In this document: piece by piece, positions 29,174-40,263 of the stretch
Layout of the letters: the number at the start of each line of letters is the position of its first letter
Position numbering within the stretch: position 1 is the stretch's first letter
Source: Bacteroidota bacterium
GTDB taxonomy: Bacteria; Bacteroidota; Bacteroidia; Chitinophagales; Chitinophagaceae
DNA: 64,000 nt
NCBI GenBank assembly: GCA_040390405.1
Contig: JAZJYJ010000005.1
Location: 96,988-160,987, forward strand
Direction of reading: 5' to 3'
Position numbers and translations under genes: made by a program
The notes under the pieces: model-generated
Database searches by the model: none
Told to the model about the DNA's origin: nothing
The model's input: only the letters and a program-made list of their open reading frames with translations

Positions 29174-29313
29174 CCGAGGACGAATTGAGGTGGAACCGAG
29201 GACGAACAGAGAACAAACCGAGGAGGCAAAGAGGAGGCAATGAGGAGAATCCGAGGAGAAAAAGACGTTCGTACCACCGTTTCGAGAAGACCGTACCGCC
29301 AGTTCCCGAAGAC
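29174..29313 (+). repeat. Tandem array of eight degenerate 11-mers followed by two 22-mers
   Basis: ccgaggacgaa ttgaggtggaa ccgaggacgaa cagagaacaaa ccgaggaggca aagaggaggca atgaggagaat ccgaggagaaa (29174-29261); cgtaccaccgtttcgagaagac and cgtaccgccagttcccgaagac (29270-29313). Confidence 0.8.
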
Positions 29314-29395
29314 CGTCACATTTTTGAGAGAAAAAATGAGTGCGGATCGTAGATTTGGCTTATCGGTTATCCGTTTTTTTTATAAACATCATTCC

Positions 29396-31120
29396 ATGAA
29401 AAAATTTGCTTTGCTTTCAATAATGGTCTGCGTTGCGCTGCTGGCAACGGCACAGAGAGGGCGTATAGACAGCTATTACCCGCTCTTGCAGAAAAACTTC
29501 AGCGGCGACAATGCGTATCAATCGGTTGGTTTTGTTGAAAAGTACTGGCGTATTGCCGGTAATACCGGGTTCAATGAATCGGTCTATCACATCGAAAAAA
29601 TTTTGAAAGCTGCCGGTTTTGTAAAAGAACTGAATGGAGAAGCAGAAGGCCCGCTTACTTACCGGATAGAAACGCGTAAAATGCGCAGACCTACCTGGGA
29701 GCCGGTTTCTTCGTCCGTTACCATCGTGGGTGAGTCAGCTCCGTTATTGCAATCTGCTACCAACCGCAATATGATCGCCATCAATTCGGCCAGTACACCT
29801 GCAGATGGGGAAACGGCTGAAGTTGTCTATGTAGGTAAAGGCACGCGTGCAGAGCTGGATGCAAAAGACCTGAAAGGGAAGATCGCTTTCGGAGAAGCAT
29901 CGATTGGTGCATTATACAACAATGCCATCCGCAAAGGTGCCATCGGTGTGATGGGGTATTCGATGCCGAAATACACACAGCCGGAAAAATATACGCATTC
30001 CATCCAGTTTCAGAGTATTCCTTACCAGGATACCGCTAAACAAAAATGGGCCATCGTATTATCCTATGATGCGAAAGAAAAACTAAAAGCTGTACTTGCC
30101 AAAGGTGCCGTTCAGGTAAATGTAAAAGTGGCATCCAAAATATACCCTTCGGAAGAATTGACTATTGTGGCCAATGCGCGCGGTACTGATAAACCTGACG
30201 AACGTTTTGTTTTCAGCGCGCATATCCAGGAACCCGGCGCCAGCGATAATGCTACCGGTGTTGGTACACTGGCGGAAATGGCAAGGGTTACCGCATTGCT
30301 CATCAAAGAAAAAAAATATACACCCAAGAGGACCATTACTTTTTTATGGGGCGATGAAATCGTTTCTACCGGCCGTTATATCAAAGATGATTCGGTAAGG
30401 GCGAAAGGTATTAAATGGGGATTGAGCCTCGATATGGTAGGAGAGGATATCGCGAAAACCGGCGGTAGCTTTTTAATCGAGAAAATGCCAGACCCCTCTG
30501 CCATCTGGACAAGAGGAAAAGAAAAACACACCGAATGGGGTGGAAGTGTATTGAAGGAGTCGGATATGTTTCCGCATTATTTTAATGATCTTTTGTTGAA
30601 CAGGTGCCTGCAACAGGCCAAAACCAATGGCTGGATCGTTAAAACAAATCCATTCGAAGGTGGCAGCGATCATACCCCTTTTCTACAGGCTAAAATTCCC
30701 GGGTTACTGATGTGGCATTTTACGGATGTATTCTATCATACCGATGGCGACAGGCTGGAAATGGTTTCTGCAGATGAAATGAAAAACGTGGGTATCAGCG
30801 CATTGGCCACGGCATTTACACTTTGCGAAGCTGATGAAAGAACCGCGTTGGTATTGATTGATGAACTGAGAAGAAATGCAGTAGAAAGACTGGATACTGA
30901 ATTTGCCTTAAGTAAAGAAGCCATTCAGAAAGGAGAATCGGCGGAGAAGGAACAACATATACTGAATGTATGGTCTGATTGGTATGTAAAAGCCATTGCT
31001 AAAATGGAGGATATCAATACCAAAGGAATTACGCCTGCTGTTCAAAAGAAAATTGCTGATGCGCAAAAAGAAATTACGGCTAAAACAATTTCTTTAACAC
31101 AGAGCTTGATTTGGAAATAG
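29396..31120 (+). CDS. Secreted M28-family (PA-domain) peptidase-like protein
   Basis: Signal peptide from ATG 29396, PA domain (VVYVGKG...DLKGKIAF), SAHIQEPGASDNATG, LDMVG, GGSDH and YHTDGD. Confidence 0.85.
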   Translation: MKKFALLSIMVCVALLATAQRGRIDSYYPLLQKNFSGDNAYQSVGFVEKYWRIAGNTGFNESVYHIEKILKAAGFVKELNGEAEGPLTYRIETRKMRRPTWEPVSSSVTIVGESAPLLQSATNRNMIAINSASTPADGETAEVVYVGKGTRAELDAKDLKGKIAFGEASIGALYNNAIRKGAIGVMGYSMPKYTQPEKYTHSIQFQSIPYQDTAKQKWAIVLSYDAKEKLKAVLAKGAVQVNVKVASKIYPSEELTIVANARGTDKPDERFVFSAHIQEPGASDNATGVGTLAEMARVTALLIKEKKYTPKRTITFLWGDEIVSTGRYIKDDSVRAKGIKWGLSLDMVGEDIAKTGGSFLIEKMPDPSAIWTRGKEKHTEWGGSVLKESDMFPHYFNDLLLNRCLQQAKTNGWIVKTNPFEGGSDHTPFLQAKIPGLLMWHFTDVFYHTDGDRLEMVSADEMKNVGISALATAFTLCEADERTALVLIDELRRNAVERLDTEFALSKEAIQKGESAEKEQHILNVWSDWYVKAIAKMEDINTKGITPAVQKKIADAQKEITAKTISLTQSLIWK

Positions 31121-31127
31121 TTTTTTT

Positions 31128-31168
31128 AGCCGCAGATTCGCAGATTTAAGATCTGCGAATCTGTGGCT
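31128..31168. repeat. REP-like palindrome, copy 2, between convergent genes
   Basis: agccgcagattcgcagat ttaag atctgcgaatctgtggct. Confidence 0.9.
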
Positions 31169-31176
31169 AATTTTTT

Positions 31177-32109
31177 TCAAACACCTTTCATCGCTTTCTC
31201 CAAAGCCGTTCTAACCTTTTGTAAAAATGGCGGAACGATGGTGAAGGGATCGCCGGGGCTGAGGGTCTCTATCGGCAAATAGCCGCGATACGTGGAAGCC
31301 TGAATGATACCACACAATTTGTTGAGGTCCATATCTTCTGTTTTGCCATTGTAATTCAGTTTTTCCTTGATCTGCCAGTTCACTGCATACGATGTGGTTT
31401 TACTAATCTCATTATACGGTTCTTCTGTTACAAAACTTCCGGTATCCAATACCAATCCAAACCATTTACTGTTTACTTTTTTGAGAATGCTGATGGCCTG
31501 GTCGGCAGTTTTGATAAAATCGTTGTGATTTTGAATGGCTACGATTACACCATGCTGTTCACCGTAGGCAACACAATTTTTGATGGCTTCCACGATCCAA
31601 TCTTCCACTTCTTCCCAACTATGATTGGCAGGTAAAGCCTTTCCGGTAAAGATCCTGATCACCGGTGCACCTAGTTTGGCGGCTACTTCTATCCATTTTT
31701 TTACAAAACTGATTTCTGCCGTACGCTTTGTTGCATCGGGTTCTGCAAATTCATTCCGGATTCCTGTACCGCTGATAGCCAATCCAAGCCGATGCGCTTT
31801 ATTCTTTATATGATAGATATATTCATCAGAAGGAATCTCAGGATAGCCGGGCATGTAATAGCCGGTGATATCAATCGCATCAAAATTCTCCCTGGCACAG
31901 AATTCCATTACTTCCTCCAGTGTTGTTTTTTTATTGACCAATGCATTGTTGAATGAATAGGCATTCAGGCTTATTTTAAAACGATTACTCTTGTTTGCCG
32001 GTGCAATGCTTTCCTGGGCTCCTTTAGCAAAAGAAAATTTACTGATACCGGTTGCCGCTGCTGTAAGCGCTAATGACTGTAAGAATTTTCTTCTTTGAAA
32101 AGATTTCAT
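31177..32109 (-). CDS. Tat-exported sugar-phosphate isomerase/epimerase family (AP2Ec TIM barrel)
   Basis: QRRKFL Tat motif; IRIF, QNHN, LDTG, WQIKE and YLPIE metal-binding pattern. Confidence 0.9.
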   Translation of the reverse strand: MKSFQRRKFLQSLALTAAATGISKFSFAKGAQESIAPANKSNRFKISLNAYSFNNALVNKKTTLEEVMEFCARENFDAIDITGYYMPGYPEIPSDEYIYHIKNKAHRLGLAISGTGIRNEFAEPDATKRTAEISFVKKWIEVAAKLGAPVIRIFTGKALPANHSWEEVEDWIVEAIKNCVAYGEQHGVIVAIQNHNDFIKTADQAISILKKVNSKWFGLVLDTGSFVTEEPYNEISKTTSYAVNWQIKEKLNYNGKTEDMDLNKLCGIIQASTYRGYLPIETLSPGDPFTIVPPFLQKVRTALEKAMKGV

Positions 32110-32113
32110 GGTT

Positions 32114-33118
32114 TTATTTTTTATGCCCGTAGGCGAATATTTCCATCACTTTCATCGATTCGATGGCATCCGCTGCTGAACAGGGATTGCTTCCTTTTCC
32201 TGAAAAATAATCCACCACTTTACTGATCATTGGCTGTTGGATATGCGCAGGTGGTTCAAAAAAAAGTTGCTCCGCATGATCCCCTTTTGTTATGGTAACC
32301 ACAGAACCAAAAACGGGAAAGCTGATCTTTCCTTTCGAGCCTATGATCTCAAATAAATCTTCTTCTGCGCCTGCCCCTACCGTATAACACCATTGCCCGT
32401 TAAACAAAACCCGGTTAGGTAATTCCATTACACCGGTTACCACATCTTCGGCCTTGTATAAACCGGCCTGGTTGGCGCTTATACCATATGCCGAAACGGG
32501 GTTGCCAAAAAAGTACAGGACCAGGTCCAGCTGATGAGGCGCCAGGTCGTAAAACAAACCCGCACCTGCAATGGCTGGATCTACCCGCCAGTTGGTTCCG
32601 GTTGCTGCGGTTGCAGCAGATTTGTCCTGCTGTAACATGCTGATGCGCACTGTTCGGATCTCACCAATGCTGCGATCTTTTACGAGCTCCTTTATTTTTA
32701 AAAACATCGGCAAAGCCCTCCGGTAATGTGCAATACTGAGTTTGCCGTTTAATCTGTGTGCAACAGCCTGCATCCGTACACAGGAAGCGATATCGGTAGA
32801 CATGGGTTTTTCTACATATACCGGTTTACCCGCTTCCATGGCTGCAATAGCATACGCTTCATGCGGCCCTGGCGGCGTGGCTACATAAATGGCATTGATA
32901 TCCGGATCGTTGATCAGTTGTGCGGCATCATCGTACCATTTGGCAACACCATGTCGTTGTGCATAGTCTTTGGCTTTGCCGCCTTCTCTCCGCATCACGG
33001 CCACCAGTTCAGAGCCAGTCACTTTGCTGAAAGCTGGTCCGCTTTTTTTTTCTGTTACATTGCCACAACCAATGATTCCCCAGCGGATCCCGCCTGTTTG
33101 TGTAGGGTTACTGCTCAT
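32114..33118 (-). CDS. Gfo/Idh/MocA family oxidoreductase
   Basis: WGIIGCG, VATPP..H, VEKP and DLAPHQLD. Confidence 0.95.
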   Translation of the reverse strand: MSSNPTQTGGIRWGIIGCGNVTEKKSGPAFSKVTGSELVAVMRREGGKAKDYAQRHGVAKWYDDAAQLINDPDINAIYVATPPGPHEAYAIAAMEAGKPVYVEKPMSTDIASCVRMQAVAHRLNGKLSIAHYRRALPMFLKIKELVKDRSIGEIRTVRISMLQQDKSAATAATGTNWRVDPAIAGAGLFYDLAPHQLDLVLYFFGNPVSAYGISANQAGLYKAEDVVTGVMELPNRVLFNGQWCYTVGAGAEEDLFEIIGSKGKISFPVFGSVVTITKGDHAEQLFFEPPAHIQQPMISKVVDYFSGKGSNPCSAADAIESMKVMEIFAYGHKK

Positions 33119-33345
33119 ATGTTTTTTCGTTAATAGACCGGCTGCTTTTAATGCAACACTTCAAATATGGAAATAGATTCCGGATGCTCCTCGCTAATGT
33201 ACTACATCGTTTTCGTAAATTTAGATAGCCCGGGGTATTACTTACTGCCGAAAAAAAACAAAATTCACATTATCTATTGTGATCAGATTGCTGGAAAGAT
33301 GATTTGTCGATACCCGGCAGTTGGATCACCTGAAAATCAAATGCC

Positions 33346-34683
<1,338 letters not shown>

Positions 34684-34731
34684 TTCATCATCTATTTACA
34701 ACAGTTATATTTTAACCATAAAAACGATCGC

Positions 34732-35574
34732 ATGTTATTTCGTAAACAGTTTATTCAAAAGCAGGTTAGGTTGTTTGCCCCAACACTGGCTTTTATCGTA
34801 TTGAGCAGTTTTAGCTCAGCACCTAAAAGTGAAAAAGAGGCATCCCCGCTTCCGGTTGGTATTGCGGGCTATACATTTGCCAAGTTTGACCTGGATAAAT
34901 CCATCGCCATGATGAAACGTTTGGGTGTACATTATCTTTCCGTAAAAGAAATTCACCTGCCCCTGAACAGCAGCCAGGAAACCATTGATGTGGCGATGAA
35001 GAAATTCAAAGATGCGGATATCAATGTATATACGGTTGGGGTGATTTACATGAAAACCAAAGAAGCGGTTGACCAGGCTTTTGCCTATGCCAAAAAATGC
35101 GGTGTTCCTATGATCGTTGGTGCGCCTTCATACGATGTGCTGGATTATGCGGAAGAAAAAGTGAAAGAATACAATATCAAACTGGCCATTCATAACCATG
35201 GCCCTGAAGATGCGTTGTATCCCGGTCCGAAAGATGTTTACGACCGGATCAAGAACCGTGACCCGAGAATGGGACTTTGCATTGATATCGGCCATGCCAC
35301 CCGTGCTGGCGTAACAGTTGACAAAGCGGTGAAAGAATACAAGGACAGGTTATTCGACCTGCATATCAAAGATGTAAGCATTGCCGCTAAAGATGGCAAA
35401 GCCATTGAGATCGGAAGAGGTGTAATCAATTTCCCCGCTTTGATCAAATCGCTGCGGAAGATCGGGTACAAAGGTGTTTGCAGTATCGAATTTGAAAAGG
35501 ATATGTCCGATCCTATGGCAGGCATTGCGGAATCACTCGGTTTCTTCAAAGGTGTAATGGCCGCAGAAGACTAA
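34732..35574 (+). CDS. Exported sugar-phosphate isomerase/epimerase family protein
   Basis: AIHNHGP, CIDIGH, LHIKD and SIEFE. Confidence 0.92.
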   Translation: MLFRKQFIQKQVRLFAPTLAFIVLSSFSSAPKSEKEASPLPVGIAGYTFAKFDLDKSIAMMKRLGVHYLSVKEIHLPLNSSQETIDVAMKKFKDADINVYTVGVIYMKTKEAVDQAFAYAKKCGVPMIVGAPSYDVLDYAEEKVKEYNIKLAIHNHGPEDALYPGPKDVYDRIKNRDPRMGLCIDIGHATRAGVTVDKAVKEYKDRLFDLHIKDVSIAAKDGKAIEIGRGVINFPALIKSLRKIGYKGVCSIEFEKDMSDPMAGIAESLGFFKGVMAAED

Positions 35575-35591
35575 CCCACCCATTTATACAG

Positions 35592-35622
35592 AAAAAAGCC
35601 CCTGGTATTTCCAGGGGCTTTT
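35592..35622. terminator. Bidirectional terminator
   Basis: aaaaaagcccctgg tattt ccaggggctttt, between convergent genes. Confidence 0.9.
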
Positions 35623-35627
35623 CTTTT

Positions 35628-36611
35628 TTATCGTGTGATCCAGTTGAATTCGTATTCCAATGGTGATTTGATGGTGGTTCTTTCAGCGATACGTCGGAAC
35701 CTGTCGGGTAAAGACATCAGGTAATCCCTTGCCTTTTCTGCCGCATCATTCAACCCCCGGATATTTGAAATATCCCATTCTTTAATGAGGTTATCAAGTA
35801 TATCGGTATAATCGATGGTTGTGTACACACCCAGGCGCTGCGCGGCATCGCTGAAATGCGTAAAGGTAGCGCTGATCTTTTCGCCCTGCTGGCGGAGAAA
35901 ATGCGCGGGCATTACAATTTTTTTGCGCATCATGTCTTCAAATGCCAGCATCATTTCGCTTGCATCGATCTCGAATATTTTAGAAATAAAACTTTTGTAG
36001 GCTTTGGCATGCCGGGCTTCATCAGCAGCAATCAAACCGCAGATCTTCGATAACTGGACATTGCCATATTGTTTAGATAAGGTAGCCGTACGCCTGTGTG
36101 AAATATTGGTAGCCATTTCCTGGAAAGAAGTGTATACAAAGTTGCGGTAAGGATCCCTTGCCGCACCAATCTCCATTCCATCTGCGATCAGGTATTGGGT
36201 GCTGATCTCCATCTGGCGCATATTCACCCTCCCTGAGAGATATACATATTTGTTCAGCAGGTCGCCATGACGGTTCTCTTCGGCTGTCCACATGCGGATC
36301 CATTTACTCCATCCTTCGCGGTTGTTCTTCCCATTGATGCCTTCCACATCCATCAACCAGGTTTCGTAGGTAGGCAAAGCTTCTTCCGTAATAATATCAC
36401 CCACCAACACGGCCAGGTAATCATAGGGAAGTTCCCGGCATTCCTGGCGCAGTTCCTTTACTTCAGAAAGAAAGGTCTCGCTGCTGCTATCGGGAAGTAG
36501 GTCTGATGGCTGCCAGTTAAGATCGATCTTCTTTAAAAAAGTATCAACAATGGTATCCATTGACTGTGCCAGAAAATGCATGACTTCCAGGCGGGATTGT
36601 TTCAAATTCAT
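35628..36611 (-). CDS. Acyl-ACP desaturase (soluble di-iron, DesA-like)
   Basis: EEALPTY, WTAEENRHG, SFQE.AT..SH and DEARH. Promoter-like TACCTTCG at 36656-36663 (-). Confidence 0.95.
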   Translation of the reverse strand: MNLKQSRLEVMHFLAQSMDTIVDTFLKKIDLNWQPSDLLPDSSSETFLSEVKELRQECRELPYDYLAVLVGDIITEEALPTYETWLMDVEGINGKNNREGWSKWIRMWTAEENRHGDLLNKYVYLSGRVNMRQMEISTQYLIADGMEIGAARDPYRNFVYTSFQEMATNISHRRTATLSKQYGNVQLSKICGLIAADEARHAKAYKSFISKIFEIDASEMMLAFEDMMRKKIVMPAHFLRQQGEKISATFTHFSDAAQRLGVYTTIDYTDILDNLIKEWDISNIRGLNDAAEKARDYLMSLPDRFRRIAERTTIKSPLEYEFNWITR

Positions 36612-36855
36612 CTAAACGCTTAAAAAAGTGACTAAGGGGGTTGGTATACGAGGCGCGAAGGTAAGGGAATAGGAGGGATCCTTTTTTTTTGGCGAATGAT
36701 TTAGGCTTTTGCTATGAATCTAGGTGCAGAAAAGGTCTGTAATGACTGTAAAAACGGCCTCTTTGCCGGTTTTTGAGGCTGTTTTGACAAGACGGACCGA
36801 GGAAAAGTGCCAAAACCCGTATAAATGACTATCTTTAAGAATAAATTTTAATACT

Positions 36856-37062
36856 ATGGCATTAGGAGTTGTAAAATGGTTCAACGATTCAAAAGGTTTC
36901 GGATTCATCACACCAGACGATGGTGGCGAGGATCTGTTCGCGCATTTTTCTGCTATTAATATGGGCGGATTCAAAACTTTAAAAGAAGGTCAAAAAGTAT
37001 CATTTGAAATAACAACAGGCCCGAAAGGAAAACAGGCCTCCAACATTCAAGCTGCAGAATAA
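36856..37062 (+). CDS. Cold-shock protein (CSD)
   Basis: KWFN..KGFGFI (RNP1), LFAHFS (RNP2) and GPKGKQA. Confidence 0.97.
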   Translation: MALGVVKWFNDSKGFGFITPDDGGEDLFAHFSAINMGGFKTLKEGQKVSFEITTGPKGKQASNIQAAE

Positions 37063-37112
37063 ACTTTTTTGATTCCCTGGGCATAAAGTTCGGGAGTACT
37101 TAACCTTTTTCT

Positions 37113-37147
37113 ATCTCCGGACTGTTTATTCATTCCGGAGATTTTTT
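37113..37147 (+). terminator. Terminator after the csp gene
   Basis: atctccgga ... tccggagat followed by a T run. Confidence 0.7.
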
Positions 37148-37158
37148 ATGCCCGCCCT

Positions 37159-38562
37159 TTAATCCGGGCAATCCATTGTACCCAGGACCCTTTTTTTGTT
37201 GAATGGATGAACGGATAATAAAAGATAAGCACCTCCATTGATGGAAGGATCTTTCTTAAAGATTCCCAAGTTGTGAATACCCAATACCAGTGGTCCGGCT
37301 TTTATAGCGGCACCTACCCATAATTGTCCCTGCGTATTGTATTGCATAGGCAAGTAGGCTCCCAGCCCGATGGTTTCCCAACGGGGAGTAATGGTGAGCA
37401 GGTTCAATTCTCTTGTGCGCAGTTTGGTAAAACTGGAAGTGGAATAAAAATTCATACTCATTTCACCATTGATGTAAAAGTTATTGCCAAGGTTCTTATC
37501 AACGTTCAATATCAGGCGGGTTGGATTACTGATTGAGAAATTATCAGTGATAGCGGCAGTGTTGTTGAAGAGTGTTTTAATAGAGTCTTTCAGGTCGCTT
37601 ATGTTCGCGGCGCCGGTAAATTTAGTTTCTATTGACCCGGAGGGAATGGTTGAAACCGGATCATAGAACTGCATCGAATTAATGCTGGGCTTGAATTTAT
37701 TGGCCCCGAGGTCCATCAGGCTTACACCAATTTTCCAATCATAATTAAGGTTGTTGTTTCCGGATGCGGCATTGTCTTCGCTGTTATAAGTCATGTATTC
37801 CACGCCCAGGCTCAAGCCGAATGAGCTCAATGAATTCTTTAGAAAATCCTTGAAACTGCCCTGGTCATAATTGGCCGAATAGCCCATGGCACCGCTGCCA
37901 TTGGTAAATGTATAAAAAGTATCTGTGGGAGTTTTGCCTTCGAGGTAGCTTATCTTATTCAGTTTTACAAAGGCACCCGACATTCCTTTCATGATCTGCA
38001 ATGTAATGCCGCCGCTTAGTTTGGAATTGCTGTTTTCAAACAGTACCTGTGAATAATTCAGGTCCGCTTCCAGCCATCCGGTCTGTGTGCCAAAGCCCTG
38101 TAGAAAAGGCATGGTCCTGTTTGCGATCAGGAAACTGTTGAAACTGCTGAGGGTATCCACAAAATTGAATGGCAATGTTTTCACGTGTATATAACTCCGG
38201 GCACGGATCCCGAAATTGACAGCATGTTTACTATCGATCTTATATAAAAAATTCAGCAAGCTCACATCAAAGTTGGCGTGCAGGAATTTACTGCTGGTTC
38301 CTTCACGAAGCGTTAGCTCACTGCTGTCCTGGTTAGCCAAACTGAAATTCTTAAGGTAAGCGGAACTATTGCTGATCTTGAACTGGGTAGAAAAAAGCGT
38401 GAGGTCCCATTTATAGGCTGCGTTTACGGAAGCAGCAGGATTATTAAAAACAGCGGTACTGCCTGTATAAGCAGAACCATGCAGTGCCTGGTAACCCTGG
38501 GCAAGCAACGTAATGGGTACAGAAAAGGAAATGACCAGAATAATCCAGAATACTTTCTTCAT
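37159..38562 (-). CDS. Outer-membrane beta-barrel protein (DUF5723-like)
   Basis: Signal peptide, VFNNPA near the N-terminus, and amphipathic beta-strand patterning throughout. Confidence 0.7.
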   Translation of the reverse strand: MKKVFWIILVISFSVPITLLAQGYQALHGSAYTGSTAVFNNPAASVNAAYKWDLTLFSTQFKISNSSAYLKNFSLANQDSSELTLREGTSSKFLHANFDVSLLNFLYKIDSKHAVNFGIRARSYIHVKTLPFNFVDTLSSFNSFLIANRTMPFLQGFGTQTGWLEADLNYSQVLFENSNSKLSGGITLQIMKGMSGAFVKLNKISYLEGKTPTDTFYTFTNGSGAMGYSANYDQGSFKDFLKNSLSSFGLSLGVEYMTYNSEDNAASGNNNLNYDWKIGVSLMDLGANKFKPSINSMQFYDPVSTIPSGSIETKFTGAANISDLKDSIKTLFNNTAAITDNFSISNPTRLILNVDKNLGNNFYINGEMSMNFYSTSSFTKLRTRELNLLTITPRWETIGLGAYLPMQYNTQGQLWVGAAIKAGPLVLGIHNLGIFKKDPSINGGAYLLLSVHPFNKKRVLGTMDCPD

Positions 38563-38722
38563 AACTGTAACTATTGATACAGGGCAGTTAAGGTTTGCAG
38601 CCCCTTCAGGGTATTTTAAGTTTTTGATAAACCTGCTTAACCCGGATTATGGTTATCAAATACAAATCACCCTTGTTCCGTCTGCTTTCCATGCGTGAAA
38701 ATAGGGGTCTTTTATTGATTTT

Positions 38723-38755
38723 GAGCGAAGGTTTTAGTAGGTTGTAACGTCTAAT
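38723..38755 (+). promoter_or_regulatory. Putative ECF-dependent promoter, copy 1
   Basis: GAGCGAAGG-N16-CGTCTAAT, just upstream of the ECF sigma gene. Confidence 0.65.
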
Positions 38756-38770
38756 CTTTTAATCAGGCAA

Positions 38771-39346
38771 TTGTTGAACGAACAGGCATTTATCCGATCC
38801 TTGCAGCAGGGCGACCAGCAGGCTTTTAAACAATTGGTCGAAACATGGCAGCACATGGTATTTAATACCGTGCTTAGTATTGTGCAGGACAGGCAGGAAG
38901 CGGAAGATGTATCGCAGGAAGTATTTATACAGGTGCACCAGTCGGTTAAGCATTTTAGAGGCGATGCCAAATTATCTACCTGGCTCTACCGGGTAACGGT
39001 AACGAAAGCGCTGGACGCTGAACGGAAAAAGAAATCGAAAAAAAGAATGGCCAATCTCCGTTCCTGGATCGGATTGGGTGAGAAGGAAGAGGAAGCGATA
39101 CATTTTCATCATCCCGGCGTGGTATTGGATAATAAAGAACGGGCTGCCATCCTCTTCAGGGCAATGCAAAAGCTTCCGGAGAACCAGCGGATCGCATTTA
39201 CGCTGATCAAAGCAGAAGGATTGAGCTATGATGAAACCGCCGTGATCATGAATATAACGGTAAAGGCCGTTGAAGCATTGATGCATAGGGCCAAAGAAAA
39301 CCTGAGAAAACAATTACAATCGTTTCATACCCCCGATAAAAAATAA
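38771..39346 (+). CDS. ECF sigma-70 factor
   Basis: Region 2 (AEDVSQEVF, STWLYRV) and region 4 (LPENQRIAFTL...GLSYDETA...HRAKENLR). Confidence 0.96.
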   Translation: MLNEQAFIRSLQQGDQQAFKQLVETWQHMVFNTVLSIVQDRQEAEDVSQEVFIQVHQSVKHFRGDAKLSTWLYRVTVTKALDAERKKKSKKRMANLRSWIGLGEKEEEAIHFHHPGVVLDNKERAAILFRAMQKLPENQRIAFTLIKAEGLSYDETAVIMNITVKAVEALMHRAKENLRKQLQSFHTPDKK

Positions 39347-39349
39347 ACA

Positions 39350-39688
39350 ATGAAACAGAAATTTTCTTCCCCAAAAGAAATAGAACAAATACTGCAAAGT
39401 CTCGATGGTATCAGGAGCGCTGAAATGCCCTCTTTTTTCTACACGCGACTACAAACAAAGCTGGATAATGGTTCAGCCGCTAATTCTTTCTGGAAGATCA
39501 TTACCCAGCCAACGGTATCGCTGGTTACTTTATCCTTGTTACTGATCGTGAATGTGGTTGCGGTAAGGTCTTACCTCAAATCTTCCGAACAAGGACAAAG
39601 CAAACAAAATTCAGGTATAGAGAATTTTGTACAGGAGTATGACCTGAGCAGCACATCTATTTATAATGATAAAACGGAAAGACCATGA
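39350..39688 (+). CDS. Putative single-TM anti-sigma factor
   Basis: Directly after sigma; cytoplasmic N-terminus (PSFFYTRLQTKL), one TM helix and a short periplasmic tail. Confidence 0.7.
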   Translation: MKQKFSSPKEIEQILQSLDGIRSAEMPSFFYTRLQTKLDNGSAANSFWKIITQPTVSLVTLSLLLIVNVVAVRSYLKSSEQGQSKQNSGIENFVQEYDLSSTSIYNDKTERP

Positions 39689-40254
39689 GTTATTTCAATA
39701 GGTATAAATGGTGGGGTATTGCATTTATCATACTGGTTGCATTAAACATTGCTACATTATCCGCATTTTGGTTGCTGAAAAACAAACGGCCTGGCCCGCC
39801 TGGCGATCCCGGATCGGGTGTCGTGGATTTTATGGTGAAAGAATTGGGATTTGATTCCATACAGAAACAAAAACTGATTCTGCTTCGCGAAGAACACCAG
39901 CAGAAGGTACGCGACATACGCCGAAATAACCATGAAGCCAAGAATGCTTTTTTTGCATTGTTACCGCAAACGGATATCTCCGACTCTGTACTTGCCAAAG
40001 CCGCACAGGCGGCGGTTGTTTTTGACAGGCAACTGGATATGCTTACGTTCCGTCATTTTCAGGAAGTCAGAAAACTATGTTCAGAAGAGCAGAAGAAAAA
40101 GTTTGATAACATCATTCAAGAGGTATTGCGCATGGCTGCTCCTCCGCCACCCGGTAATCCGCAAGGACCGCCACCCAGACGCGATGGTAACAGACCTGAT
40201 GGACCGCCACCAGGTGATGACAAAAGAGATCTGCCACCTCCGCCGCAACAATAA
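39685..40254 (+). CDS. Spy/CpxP/ZraP-like periplasmic protein with a Pro-rich tail
   Basis: N-terminal TM, ELGFDSIQ and VRKLCSEEQKKKFD (LTxxQ-like repeats), C-terminal PPPPGNPQGPPP. Confidence 0.8.
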   Translation: MSYFNRYKWWGIAFIILVALNIATLSAFWLLKNKRPGPPGDPGSGVVDFMVKELGFDSIQKQKLILLREEHQQKVRDIRRNNHEAKNAFFALLPQTDISDSVLAKAAQAAVVFDRQLDMLTFRHFQEVRKLCSEEQKKKFDNIIQEVLRMAAPPPPGNPQGPPPRRDGNRPDGPPPGDDKRDLPPPPQQ

Positions 40255-40263
40255 TTTTTTTAG

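Noticed and set aside
29174-29313. Possible CRISPR array
   Set aside because: The units are contiguous degenerate 11-mers with no unique spacers, and there are no cas genes in the window.
28963-29352. ORFs 28963-29319 (-) and 29089-29352 (+), and the N-terminal extension of the M28 ORF
   Set aside because: They are translations of the 9-mer and 11-mer repeats. The true peptidase start with a signal peptide is ATG 29396.
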